IMG/VR virus record: IMGVR_UViG_3300037721_000031
Coordinates: 202,567-266,566 of that record
Length of the DNA: 64,000 bases
Source of the DNA: a virus
Lineage: Duplodnaviria; Caudoviricetes
Strand: one strand, 5' to 3'
A program made the position numbers and the translations under genes. Shown here piece after piece: positions 53,372 through 63,932 of the stretch (its first letter is position 1; the number at the start of each line of letters is the position of its first letter). Below the pieces are notes generated by a model. That model worked only from the letters and a program-made list of their open reading frames with translations, was not told where the DNA came from and ran no database searches.

Positions 53372-54523
53372 TTACAGATTCGGGGAAGAACCTGCGCGGA
53401 ATGCTGTCAAAATATCTTTGATATCAGGGCCGGTATTCTTATTAACAGCCTTCAGATCACGAGCCGATAAAGTCGTAGCTTCAGGAATGCCGCGATGATA
53501 GAATGTAACGCGATCCCAATCTTTATCGATAACAGCCATGATCATCATGTATGTGCTTTCGAATATCTTCTGACGTGATGCGAAATTCTTAAATGCCATG
53601 TTACTAGTAAGTTCTACCTGGGTAGCCGTAGTACTAGATATCACACACAAATTAGAAGCTGTAGCAACTGAGAAATTACCAGTAAGAACACCTGACACTT
53701 TGTTATTTGCTCTACGACGAAGAATGGCATCATAGAGACCATCTTTATCATCCATCAAATGTTTCTTATGCTCATCGATAAGATCTTGGCATAATACCAG
53801 ATCTTTAAGGAACTCAATTTGACCGGACTTCCATTGGTGCCAACGCTCACCAAACGATACTTCTTTATTGCCAGCTGACAAAATATGAAGCATCCCTTCA
53901 GTGGTGATCTGGTTAGCTAAAAGACGAATAGAGATAGGTATAGTGGCTTTCTTTTCGCCGCTAACAATTTCAACATTAACAAGCTTACCAACTGATAAGT
54001 TGGAGAGTTCATTAGTGACTTGACTGATATCTCTAGTAGATGACTTTCCATCAGCAGCTTCCATAGCTACCTGATGAGAATTCCTGGGATCACCAATCAC
54101 CGGTAACCGATGAGTGAAGTCACTGAATCCTTCAAGACCCATCGAGTTCATACCGATCTGGCCAGAAATCATATAACCAGCACCAGCACCAACATTAAGC
54201 GCAGTGCCTAGAGACTGACCAACTGCCGAACCAGTACTACGATTAGGATTGAACTTTTCCAACTGTCTCACGACATCGATATCGCCGACATTCATAGACA
54301 AAGCAAAAGCTTGTAAGTAATAGCCTGTAAAGAGAGACTGAAGCGACTGCATAACGTCGGGCAACATTTCCTGATACATTACATCCGCATCAATAATTAC
54401 AATGGGTTCTACCCGTGCCACGTTAGTATAATCGATTAGTGACTTCGAATCAGAAGTAACACCTTCTAAAATTTTAGCTACATGCTGCAATGCAGACAAG
54501 CCAGTTTGTGCATTAATTTGCAT
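53372..54523 (-). CDS. virion (inner head) protein, phiKZ gp89-like
   Basis: Start moved to MQINAQ (SD AAGGAAA); GLE and AME motifs; synteny. Confidence 0.65.
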   Translation of the reverse strand: MQINAQTGLSALQHVAKILEGVTSDSKSLIDYTNVARVEPIVIIDADVMYQEMLPDVMQSLQSLFTGYYLQAFALSMNVGDIDVVRQLEKFNPNRSTGSAVGQSLGTALNVGAGAGYMISGQIGMNSMGLEGFSDFTHRLPVIGDPRNSHQVAMEAADGKSSTRDISQVTNELSNLSVGKLVNVEIVSGEKKATIPISIRLLANQITTEGMLHILSAGNKEVSFGERWHQWKSGQIEFLKDLVLCQDLIDEHKKHLMDDKDGLYDAILRRRANNKVSGVLTGNFSVATASNLCVISSTTATQVELTSNMAFKNFASRQKIFESTYMMIMAVIDKDWDRVTFYHRGIPEATTLSARDLKAVNKNTGPDIKDILTAFRAGSSPNL

Positions 54524-54555
54524 TTTATTTCCTTCTAAGAACTGAGATTTAAAAA

Positions 54556-55653
54556 ATGGCACTTAAGTACGAAGACTTATTAATTCCTGACGGGCAGAGT
54601 GATGTTATCAAGAAGGCTCTGGATGAGGTTTATTCCAGGACTGCTGTTGGTAGCCTATCAACAGCTATATCTGATACATTCTACGGTATTAATCATAAGA
54701 AGCTACCCAATCCAATACCTGTTAATAAGGATGATAATGGGTTGACATTCTTTACTAGACCGCGGATGAATATGACTAGCGATAATTTGCGTCAAGTCCG
54801 TCAATTTGTACCAATGCTTACTAATAATGCAGCTACCATCCCAAGAGCGATACGTGCACTATTAGATACAGATTCTAGAATTGAAGGTCATACCTCACCA
54901 CTAGTAGATTCGTATCAAGCATTCATACCTATCCTCACTAATCAATTAATCACATTAAGTGGTTGGCCTGATATTGTTGCACCTACATATACTTCTAAAC
55001 CAGGTGTATATAAAGAAGCTTTTTCACATGTCGATGGTGCGACATTCAATTACGAAGTATATTCACTTCAAGCTGATTTTAGAAATATACAAGGTGATCC
55101 AATCACTGCTTTATTTCTTACTTGGGTACATTACGCATCCTTAGTATTTCAAGGAGTACTTGTTCCGTATCCAGATATGATTATTGAAAATGAAATTGAT
55201 TATCAGACCCGCATATATAGATTAGTATTAGATCCCGGTCGTAGGTTTATTCAAAAGATTGGTGCATGTGGTGCAGCATTTCCATTTACAGCACCTATGG
55301 GTACTGCATTTAATATCAGTCCTGATCAACCATACTCTCGCGCTAATGAACAAATTAGTATATCATTTCAAGCAATTGGTGCAATGTACCAAGATGATAT
55401 TCTTATTGATGAATTTAATAAAACGGTCATAGCTCAAAATTCTGATATGGGTGGCACTGATCAAGATCGCATTAGCAATGGTCTTAAAAAGATAGAGCCT
55501 GGATTACAGAAAACATTTAATCATTTCGGTTATCCGTTAATTAATCCTGATACTTACGAACTACAATGGTGGATGTGGAAACAAGAGTACGATGAACTAC
55601 TTGGTGCTGCGGCCGATACAGCTGAAGATGATGATTTCTTCATCGGTCAATAA
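54556..55653 (+). CDS. virion structural protein, phiKZ gp88-like
   Basis: 365 aa; divergent from gp89-like gene as in phiKZ. Confidence 0.65.
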   Translation: MALKYEDLLIPDGQSDVIKKALDEVYSRTAVGSLSTAISDTFYGINHKKLPNPIPVNKDDNGLTFFTRPRMNMTSDNLRQVRQFVPMLTNNAATIPRAIRALLDTDSRIEGHTSPLVDSYQAFIPILTNQLITLSGWPDIVAPTYTSKPGVYKEAFSHVDGATFNYEVYSLQADFRNIQGDPITALFLTWVHYASLVFQGVLVPYPDMIIENEIDYQTRIYRLVLDPGRRFIQKIGACGAAFPFTAPMGTAFNISPDQPYSRANEQISISFQAIGAMYQDDILIDEFNKTVIAQNSDMGGTDQDRISNGLKKIEPGLQKTFNHFGYPLINPDTYELQWWMWKQEYDELLGAAADTAEDDDFFIGQ

Positions 55654-55685
55654 CTCCATCGTTACATTAAAGAAAGAAACAACTA

Positions 55686-58616
55686 ATGGCTACCTCTGTA
55701 GAAACCCTACTTGCTAACGTAAAAGAATTTCGCTATAATCCAGCAGGTATCCAAAAGTCTGCTATCGCATTACTCCGTGAAGTAACTGCTGGTGATATCG
55801 ATATTGTTGATCCTACTAATCCAGTAGTATTCTGCTTGGAAGCCTCAGCGATTAACACTGCTGCCTTCATGGTAGAGAATAAGACACTGAATAGAAAGCA
55901 GTATCCTTTCGCTGCGCAGACTTCTGAAGAACTCTATCCTCACATGAGTGATAAAGATTTCGTCAATCGTTTTGCAGTTCCTGCCAGCACTCGAATTTTC
56001 TTTTTAATGAGTCAAACTGAGCTACTGGAGAGATTGGTTCCTGAACCAGGAAACACTGGAATCAGTAAGCTTGTTCTACCTAGAAACACGTATGTTACTG
56101 TGGCAGACAGCACTGTATTTTCTATTCAGTATCCTGTAGAAATACGTCGCATGGCTCACGGTGGTTTGCAAATTGTTCATGTGGTGGATCAGATCAGCCC
56201 ACTACAAACATTAACAACAAATATCATACCGTGGACAGTAATCACTGCTGATAATGGTGTAAAGTATATTGGTTTCGAACTGGAAATGCAGCAGTTTAGC
56301 ATTCTATCAAGAACAGCTTCTGCAAACCAATCTACTGGTTTGAAGATGGAAATAGATTTTCAGAATCAGTTTTATTATTGTCGAGTTTGGGTAGATAACG
56401 GCGACGGTACATTTACTGAAATGAGTACTACTCATACTGATGAAGTTTACGACAGTAGCGTACTGACTGCGGTATTGAAAGTCGTTGACTCTCACTTAAC
56501 AGTGAAGATTCCACAAATCTACATGTCGCTAGGATTGCTTAATAAATCAATTCGCGTAGACATCTATCAGACTTTAGGACCTATCAGTATTGAGTTAGGT
56601 AACTATCAGCCTGATCAATTTGTAGCCACATTTCACTCATTTAATAAAGCAGAACTCGATGACTATGTTGCCCCATTAAAAGCAATGCGCTCCATGCGCA
56701 TTCATTCTACACGAATTGCTAATGGTGGTAGTGGCCCAATGACGTTTGATCAATTACGTCAAAGAGTAATTAGAAATGCGATAGGTTCACCGAACCTTCC
56801 AATCACTAATGCTCAAATTGAATCAGTACTGGCTCGTCAAGGTTATCAAGTTGTTAAGAATATCGATAACATTACTAATCGTATATTTCTTGCAACGCGA
56901 CCAATGCCTACACCGGATGTGGATAGTGAGTTAATCACGGCAGCACCTGCTGGTATAGGTATGTTATCAGTACGTTTATCTGATGCAGTATTACTAGATA
57001 GTGTTATTGATAATGGAGATATTATCACTATTACACCAGATACATTATATCGACGTGCTGGTGGTGTAATACAACTTGTTCCTACAGCTGAGGTAGTTAC
57101 AATTAAATCTCTAGCTCCAGATCAACAATCCATTACTGTAAATAGTGGCGGATACATGTATTCCCCGTTTCACTATGTGCTTGATTCTACAGGTAATGAG
57201 TTCACTATTAGGCCATATTACTTAGACAGTCCTGTAGTTGAAAGTAAGTCTTTCATTGGTGAAAACGATACGACCCTTTATCAAGTATCAACTGGTTCAC
57301 ATCTACTTACTAGAACTCAAGATGGGTATAAGTTAAGAATACAGACATCTAGTTCTGATGAATTTAAAGGACTTGATGATTCTGAGGTATTTGTACAACT
57401 TGCATTTTTACCAACAGGTGATACAAAACGCGCTTATATCTTAGGTGAATTAATTGGATTGCAGGATGACGAACGCGTCTATGAATTTGATTTATCCACT
57501 AACTACGCCATTGATAAGAATCATGAAATGTCAATGCTAAAGTTTCAGATGTTTGATCAGTCTGATCGCATTGTAAACTTACCATTATTGACAGAATTTG
57601 AGGTGTTATACTCTACGAATGTAGCGATGGGGCCTCAGTGGCAAGTAAGTGATATCGATTCTAAGCTTGGGCATTTTCAGTTACCTGCCAATATCAAAGC
57701 TATAACTAACGAGCAGTTTAAAATAAGGTTAGGGCATCACCTTGACTATTTATGGACTCGCGTGAGAAGTGTCGTAACTGAAGAGAGTTATGAACGGTGG
57801 GAAGTGAATGTCCCAGCAGTATATGAAAGCGATGTCTATGAACGTGATCTTGTTACTGGTGCCGCATTCACAGTAGTTAATGGTGAGTTAATTTACAACA
57901 TTATTCACCATAAAGATGATCCTGTACTGGATAGTAATGATGATCCTGTTTTCAAGTTTCGTATAGGTGATGTAAAGTTCGATACTTATGGTGCTCCGAT
58001 CTTGAAGAACGGTAGAGATATGCAGCGCCAGATGGAGCTGTTCTTAGTGGAAGGAACTTATTACTTTGCCACTAATCAGGTGTCTGCCGATTATCGTCAG
58101 CGGTTAGTACTTACAATCGTAGATTGGTTGATAGATGACCTACCTAACATGGGTAGTAATCTGTTAGAACAAACTCGTATCTATTATTATCCAACAAACA
58201 CGTTAGGTAGTGTAGATGCTATGTTTAGTTCAGGATTAACAACTAGTCTGAACGCAGGACAGTCATTTGAAGTAACACTGTATGTTCGTGCGAATGTTTA
58301 TAGCAGTTTAGAACTTCGTAACACAATCACCCGTAAGACAGTTCTGACTATCTCTAAGGCTCTTGAAAGTAAGACTGTTTCAATGTCTAACATTGTAAAC
58401 GATTTGAGAACAGCCTACGAGGCAGACGTTATTTCTCTAGATGTCCGCGGACTTGGGGGTGCTAGTAACCTGAATGTCATTACAATGATAGACGATGCTA
58501 GTAGATTGTCTATTAAAAAAGAGCTGGTGGCTCGTAGTGATGAGACTCTAGGCTTAAGTGATGCTGTAAAAGTAGAGTTCATACGGCATGAGCGTAGTGG
58601 TGTAGTTGTTATTTAA
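55686..58616 (+). CDS. large virion (probable baseplate) protein, phiKZ gp87-like
   Basis: 976 aa; synteny. Confidence 0.65.
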   Translation: MATSVETLLANVKEFRYNPAGIQKSAIALLREVTAGDIDIVDPTNPVVFCLEASAINTAAFMVENKTLNRKQYPFAAQTSEELYPHMSDKDFVNRFAVPASTRIFFLMSQTELLERLVPEPGNTGISKLVLPRNTYVTVADSTVFSIQYPVEIRRMAHGGLQIVHVVDQISPLQTLTTNIIPWTVITADNGVKYIGFELEMQQFSILSRTASANQSTGLKMEIDFQNQFYYCRVWVDNGDGTFTEMSTTHTDEVYDSSVLTAVLKVVDSHLTVKIPQIYMSLGLLNKSIRVDIYQTLGPISIELGNYQPDQFVATFHSFNKAELDDYVAPLKAMRSMRIHSTRIANGGSGPMTFDQLRQRVIRNAIGSPNLPITNAQIESVLARQGYQVVKNIDNITNRIFLATRPMPTPDVDSELITAAPAGIGMLSVRLSDAVLLDSVIDNGDIITITPDTLYRRAGGVIQLVPTAEVVTIKSLAPDQQSITVNSGGYMYSPFHYVLDSTGNEFTIRPYYLDSPVVESKSFIGENDTTLYQVSTGSHLLTRTQDGYKLRIQTSSSDEFKGLDDSEVFVQLAFLPTGDTKRAYILGELIGLQDDERVYEFDLSTNYAIDKNHEMSMLKFQMFDQSDRIVNLPLLTEFEVLYSTNVAMGPQWQVSDIDSKLGHFQLPANIKAITNEQFKIRLGHHLDYLWTRVRSVVTEESYERWEVNVPAVYESDVYERDLVTGAAFTVVNGELIYNIIHHKDDPVLDSNDDPVFKFRIGDVKFDTYGAPILKNGRDMQRQMELFLVEGTYYFATNQVSADYRQRLVLTIVDWLIDDLPNMGSNLLEQTRIYYYPTNTLGSVDAMFSSGLTTSLNAGQSFEVTLYVRANVYSSLELRNTITRKTVLTISKALESKTVSMSNIVNDLRTAYEADVISLDVRGLGGASNLNVITMIDDASRLSIKKELVARSDETLGLSDAVKVEFIRHERSGVVVI

Positions 58617-58644
58617 TAAAAATAGTAACATGTTTGTGTAACAG

Positions 58645-58677
58645 CATAAAGACCCAGGTATTCCCTGGGTCTTTATG
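58645..58677. terminator. bidirectional palindromic terminator
   Basis: CATAAAGACCCAGG-tattc-CCTGGGTCTTTATG between convergent genes. Confidence 0.85.
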
Positions 58678-58695
58678 TCGTAATCTAAATTACTA

Positions 58696-60093
58696 TTATG
58701 TTACTTTCAAACCGAAATACTTTTGTAACATGTGTCTATCTTCATCCGGCATGCCTGCAATATCTTGGGACATACTGCGATTATAAGTTTCCACAATCGC
58801 AGACATTTCCTTAAACAAATAAACCCAGCCTTCAAATAAAGAATTAACCATGCCTAGAACAATCATCAAACCTCGTAGCTCTCGGTACAATGTTCCAATA
58901 ACATCAGTCATCTGGACAGTTACGTCATTACTACTATTAACTCGTGACCATGTAGGATCACCTGCAAATTGAAGAGCTGATTCTTTTAGCTTTTTCAATT
59001 TCTCAATAGCCTTCTTAACAGTCTCTTGATAACCACTAATATCTTCTGTTTTGAATACATCAGATAAAGTACTACAAAGATTCTTCATCGACGTATTATC
59101 AGGAGTATGTGTCCCACCACTTAAGCTCATCTGTAGCTCTGCTTGAACTTGATATTTCTCAAAAGTAGGAATACCACGTTTAACAGAAGGAGTATGAATT
59201 TGGCTAACAGCGTGTTTGATATTACGAGCACTGTTGGCAGGATCAGATAATGCCTTTTCTAACCAACTTTTATTTATCTGGCCATACTCACTAACAATGT
59301 CATCAGAAGAAACACCAATTTTTATTAATTCTGGAATGATGGGATTGTTATCAACAATTGCTCTAGTTCCACGATGCTTGTTAATTACGAAGTAAAGTGA
59401 CTCTACTTTATGTTTACATAATTTCAAACTGTGCGTAACTCTACTATTAGCAACTGCTTGCGGAATTACCTTATGCTTACTAATATAAGGAGCTACCTTC
59501 TGAATAACTCTATCAGGGTCAGACGTACTCGTTTGTATTTTTTCAAGAATGTTCAGTGTGTCATTACTTGAAAAAAACTTATGAGCATCGGTAGGATCTA
59601 TAAGTAATTTCTTAATCTTACTGACAAACTCTTCTAACCACGCAATGCTGTTTTTAAATAGCTTAGAGAGTAAGTCCCAAATACGATTGATTAAAGATTT
59701 CTGTTCAGCTCCAATGGCTTCCAAAGCTACTTTGTAATTAGTCTTAGATGGGAATTCTGTATAGAAAGTAATAGGATTCTTTTCATTTATAAAGCCGGGA
59801 ATAAGACATTCTGCTTCTAGTGCAAATTTCTTACTCATACCGTTTACATTTACGATACTGGTTTTTAGATCGTGTAAATCCTCAGCTTTATTAACTACTG
59901 TAATAACTGAAGAGTTATCACTTAGCTCCGGTACTTCTCCAGAAACTACTTTATCAAAAACAATACCAGAAAAATCTGAGGCCGATATGCTTTTTAATTC
60001 AGTATCTTCAGAACCTTTATTACTTTTAGGCAATTCATCATCTAGCTCAAACCCATCATTGAGGGATGACATTAGGCGTTTCCTCTTTAGCAA
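58696..60093 (-). CDS. head protein, phiKZ gp86-like
   Basis: FALEAECLIPGF and VALE|AIG motifs; synteny. Confidence 0.65.
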   Translation of the reverse strand: MLKRKRLMSSLNDGFELDDELPKSNKGSEDTELKSISASDFSGIVFDKVVSGEVPELSDNSSVITVVNKAEDLHDLKTSIVNVNGMSKKFALEAECLIPGFINEKNPITFYTEFPSKTNYKVALEAIGAEQKSLINRIWDLLSKLFKNSIAWLEEFVSKIKKLLIDPTDAHKFFSSNDTLNILEKIQTSTSDPDRVIQKVAPYISKHKVIPQAVANSRVTHSLKLCKHKVESLYFVINKHRGTRAIVDNNPIIPELIKIGVSSDDIVSEYGQINKSWLEKALSDPANSARNIKHAVSQIHTPSVKRGIPTFEKYQVQAELQMSLSGGTHTPDNTSMKNLCSTLSDVFKTEDISGYQETVKKAIEKLKKLKESALQFAGDPTWSRVNSSNDVTVQMTDVIGTLYRELRGLMIVLGMVNSLFEGWVYLFKEMSAIVETYNRSMSQDIAGMPDEDRHMLQKYFGLKVT

Positions 60094-60529
60094 CAGTCCG
60101 TTTTACTTTCTGAATGGCCATAACAATCATGAAAATATCTTCAGCGTAATCGTTAAGGAAAGTAATTTCTTCGTCAGAAAAGAACCTTGCGATACCCGTA
60201 AGACTCGACAGAAATGCACCCTTTTTAGGAGGCGTCAATGCAGCCTGATGTACACTGTTATAACGCATCATCCAGAACTTATGGGTAAGACTAAGTGCTG
60301 ACTGAACGTCGAGGACTGCTTGTTCGTTATACTCACCTACTTCACCTTTTGCGAGCGCAAGGCAGATGCTGGTATAGTAGGCCTCAGGTAACTCTACTGG
60401 AGCTGACGGTAGAGCCTGGACGTATGCCGTCACTACAGCTACTGCTGCTGCGCAGATGCGTGTACGCACAACAGAGTCTTGACTTAAAGCTGCGACAGCT
60501 TGAATATATGGCAAATGTGTGTATTTCAT
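60056..60529 (-). CDS. head protein, phiKZ gp85-like
   Basis: 157 aa; synteny. Confidence 0.6.
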   Translation of the reverse strand: MKYTHLPYIQAVAALSQDSVVRTRICAAAVAVVTAYVQALPSAPVELPEAYYTSICLALAKGEVGEYNEQAVLDVQSALSLTHKFWMMRYNSVHQAALTPPKKGAFLSSLTGIARFFSDEEITFLNDYAEDIFMIVMAIQKVKRTVAKEETPNVIPQ

Positions 60530-60555
60530 TTTAATGACTTTGGTAGATGTGTTTA

Positions 60556-61872
60556 TTAGGAAGTCTGTAAAGAAGCTGCGCTAAGAAATAAATCATTCAT
60601 TGCTAGCTTCTCTAAATTACGTTGAAAATCGATACTATCACGACGACGACGTGAACTACTAAATAAGAAATTATTGATAATTTCAAATAAACCCATACGT
60701 TCGTTATAATTGGATATTACTTCATCTATTAACTTAATGTCACCAGTAATGGATGTTATCATTTCTTTAGACAACTTTGTATTTTTAATCTGCTCCACTA
60801 ACTGACGGCGAACACGTAGAAAACGATCTTTAGGCTTGTCATAAGCGGGGGCACCGTCAGATTCATGATCCATTGAAATCACGAAGTAACAATACATCGA
60901 AGAGTAAACACCAAGAACAATTCCTAGAAAACTACCGCCGAGCAAAACTGCCCCAGTAAATATAATTGCTACAATTGTAGCAATGATTTTAAGAACCTCA
61001 CCAAGGTAATACATTATATTACCTCTACGTTGAATAATGCCTCCAGTAGAAAATAGCTTATCTAATGCAGTAGAAAGCTGTCGTCCGGCACCATGACGTG
61101 TTGCGAATTGGTCTGATAACATTTCCCATGTATTACTATCATAAAAGGAATGATCAGAAGAACTCATCGCCTTCTTACTAATATGTGTAATAAATACGGT
61201 AACTACAATCTTGTCTGAAGTTGACTTTTGTAAATCTTGAATTACAGCATCATCCATGTCAACGGCATCGCCTGCTTTCTTAATAGCGATCTCTCGTTCT
61301 TTTACATCGCTTCCAGCAAGCACTGTACTTAATCCGCTCAATAACATATTTCCAGTAGTTACACGGTCTAACATTTCGCAATATGTAAACCAATGACCAA
61401 TCTCGTGTAATAATACAGCAGCACACTCTGCCGCAGTGAATTTATGCTTACCGAAATGATCCAGATCTATATTAACTAGTACTTCATATTTAGAGAAATC
61501 ACCAGATATGCGCGACTTCTTTAAATCAACAATGCCTGTGGACATGTTCTTATCTGCAGCAGCCCTAATCATTTTTAAACCATCTTGAGCTGTTGCAAGA
61601 AATCCAAAATCATTTATCAGCACATTCCGTGCGTTAATGTCTGGTACCAGGACACAAGTACTAGTGTGACTAAATCTCACACTGGATAATACACCAACAT
61701 GCCTTAAAATTACTTTATCTAGATGACTAGCTAAACTATCTTGTTCTTCTTTATTAGGTATAGTACCTTTTGAGAAAGCAGGTTCTAAGACCAGTGTTAG
61801 TTCCTTGAAAAAAGCTCCGCTTTGAAAATCAATAGCTTCGAGAGCTACTCGAAGATGTTTATAGCTAGCCAT
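60556..61872 (-). CDS. virion protein, phiKZ gp84-like, zincin-like with TM hairpin
   Basis: VALE|AID, LLHEIGH, EMLSDQFATRHG, two hydrophobic helices. Confidence 0.7.
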   Translation of the reverse strand: MASYKHLRVALEAIDFQSGAFFKELTLVLEPAFSKGTIPNKEEQDSLASHLDKVILRHVGVLSSVRFSHTSTCVLVPDINARNVLINDFGFLATAQDGLKMIRAAADKNMSTGIVDLKKSRISGDFSKYEVLVNIDLDHFGKHKFTAAECAAVLLHEIGHWFTYCEMLDRVTTGNMLLSGLSTVLAGSDVKEREIAIKKAGDAVDMDDAVIQDLQKSTSDKIVVTVFITHISKKAMSSSDHSFYDSNTWEMLSDQFATRHGAGRQLSTALDKLFSTGGIIQRRGNIMYYLGEVLKIIATIVAIIFTGAVLLGGSFLGIVLGVYSSMYCYFVISMDHESDGAPAYDKPKDRFLRVRRQLVEQIKNTKLSKEMITSITGDIKLIDEVISNYNERMGLFEIINNFLFSSSRRRRDSIDFQRNLEKLAMNDLFLSAASLQTS

Positions 61873-62056
61873 AATGTTAGTTACCTTTAGACGGTTACTC
61901 GTAATAATCTTTATTTGATTTTGTAAAAGGTATATTTTACAAAGTGTTCAATTCTTGTAGATCACAAAATAAACAGAAGATGAAGTACTTAGATTTATTA
62001 TAAATTCTTCATCAAACACATGCTTACAGTCACATTAATAGTTTCAGAAACAATTA

Positions 62057-63853
62057 GTGCAATCTACAATGGAGAATGTCGTGACCGCCAATACTAAAAT
62101 AGACCCGACTATCATTAAAGCAATAGAATGTCGCTTCGCAATTCATTGTAGTCCACCAGAAGGTTTTAAGGATGATTTGCACTTAGTAAAAGAAATTATT
62201 CATACTCACGATGGTCAAACTATTCCAAATATTCGTTATTGGAAGAATTATAAAAGGCCTTTTTGGATTACAAAAAAAGCTTATCAAAATCACGAGAGTA
62301 AGAAAGAATGGGAACACAAGTCACGAGTTACTGAGTATAAGTGTACACAGACTGATCTCATTCCCACTATCTACAGAGCTCTAGAACAGCCGTGGATGGC
62401 TAATAACCAACGTAGTAACCTACGTAGGGTAGCTCGTTCTCCATTCCTGTATGGCGCGGATATCCTGTCTACGGCTCATTTAAAACGTGAGTATATGGAA
62501 AAGTTTCCAGATACCATTACACCGTTTTCAGTAGCTGTCTATGATACTGAGACTGATGTAGTTGATGGAACCGAAGAAATTATAATGGCCACAGTGTCGT
62601 ATAGAAGTAAAGTATATACCACAGTGCAAAAAAGATTCGTTCACGGACACAGTAATGTAATAGAGAAGTTACACGCACTTCTTAAAAAACATCTAGGCGC
62701 TTTACCAGTAAAAGATAAAGATGGTGTTATCCAGATTGTTGATGTACTGGCTAAACGCGGTATCGAATGGCAAGTAGAGATTGCTGATAACGAGATTGAC
62801 GTGGTCACACGTTCAATGGCTAAAGCTCATGAATGGCGGCCTGATTTTCTTGCGATTTGGAATCTAGATTTCGACATTACCAAAACTTTAAATGCTATTA
62901 AGAAAGCAGGAATGGAGCCTTCGGATATATTCTCAGATCCGTCGGTACCTAAAGAATACCGGTTCTTCGATTACAAACGAGGACCTTCACAGAAAGTTAC
63001 TGCAAGTGGAAAAGTCACACCCATTAAGCCTGCTGCTCGCTGGCATACTGTCTTCTGTCCTAGTAGTTTCTATGTTATCGATGCCATGTGCGCCTACCGT
63101 CATATTCGTACAGGCCAGGCAGAGGAATCTAGTTACTCCTTAGACTCTATTCTCAAGAAACACAATAAAGGTGGTAAGCTTAAGTTTGAAGAAGCTGAAG
63201 GTAAAGTTGGATTAGGCTGGCACAGATTCATGCAAAAGAATCATCCATTAGAATACATAATCTACAACGTCTGGGACTGTGTATCTATGGAAGAGCTGGA
63301 TGAAGATATTAAAGACTTACAGTTATCATTACCGTCGATGTCTGGCTGTTCTGATTTTGAAAACTTTAAATCTCAACCTAGACGTCTAGTGGATGAATTG
63401 CATTTCTTTGTTCAGAAGAATGACCGTGTAATAGGAACTACTTCTGACGAAATGAGTGAGGATCTGGACGAAATTACAATCGGTCTGACAGACTGGATTA
63501 TAATGTTGCCAGCTCACTTAGTAGCTGATAACGGTCTACGTTGTATTGAGGAATATCCAGACCTTGTAAGTAATATTAGGCGGGACGTAGGGGATCTGGA
63601 CGTAGCGGCTAGTTATCCAAATGGCGGTGCTGTAGACAATATCTCCAGAGAAACAACTGCCAAGGAACTTGTAAAGATTAATGGTGTGGATGAATATACT
63701 CAACGCATGATGGGTATAAATCTCAGCGGTGGACATACGAACGCAGTGGAGATTTGCTGTGGATTGTTTGGTCTTCCACCTTTGCATGTTTTACTAGAAG
63801 CATTTAAAGAAGAGATTCATGAGGATCAGGAAGTTAATAGTAAAGCGTATTAA
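62057..63853 (+). CDS. family-B DNA polymerase, N-terminal/exonuclease subunit of the split polymerase (phiKZ gp82-like)
   Basis: ExoI YDTET, ExoII WNLDFD, ExoIII YNVWD, palm motif A DLDVAASYP; no motif C DTD. Confidence 0.85.
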   Translation: MQSTMENVVTANTKIDPTIIKAIECRFAIHCSPPEGFKDDLHLVKEIIHTHDGQTIPNIRYWKNYKRPFWITKKAYQNHESKKEWEHKSRVTEYKCTQTDLIPTIYRALEQPWMANNQRSNLRRVARSPFLYGADILSTAHLKREYMEKFPDTITPFSVAVYDTETDVVDGTEEIIMATVSYRSKVYTTVQKRFVHGHSNVIEKLHALLKKHLGALPVKDKDGVIQIVDVLAKRGIEWQVEIADNEIDVVTRSMAKAHEWRPDFLAIWNLDFDITKTLNAIKKAGMEPSDIFSDPSVPKEYRFFDYKRGPSQKVTASGKVTPIKPAARWHTVFCPSSFYVIDAMCAYRHIRTGQAEESSYSLDSILKKHNKGGKLKFEEAEGKVGLGWHRFMQKNHPLEYIIYNVWDCVSMEELDEDIKDLQLSLPSMSGCSDFENFKSQPRRLVDELHFFVQKNDRVIGTTSDEMSEDLDEITIGLTDWIIMLPAHLVADNGLRCIEEYPDLVSNIRRDVGDLDVAASYPNGGAVDNISRETTAKELVKINGVDEYTQRMMGINLSGGHTNAVEICCGLFGLPPLHVLLEAFKEEIHEDQEVNSKAY

Positions 63854-63888
63854 TCTAATTATTCAGTAAGTATAAAAAAAAAAATAAA

Positions 63889-63932
63889 GCATAATAGAGT
63901 ACAGGAGCCTGGGCTCCTGTACTCTATTTATG
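63889..63932. terminator. palindromic terminator
   Basis: AATAGAGTACAGGAGC-ctgg-GCTCCTGTACTCTATT with GCATA/TATG flanks. Confidence 0.85.

Noticed and set aside
12716-63885. Poly-A/T tracts (about 12717, 28879, 38095, 63874) as phase-variation sites
   Set aside because: All are intergenic and adjacent to stop codons or terminator hairpins, so slippage would not change coding
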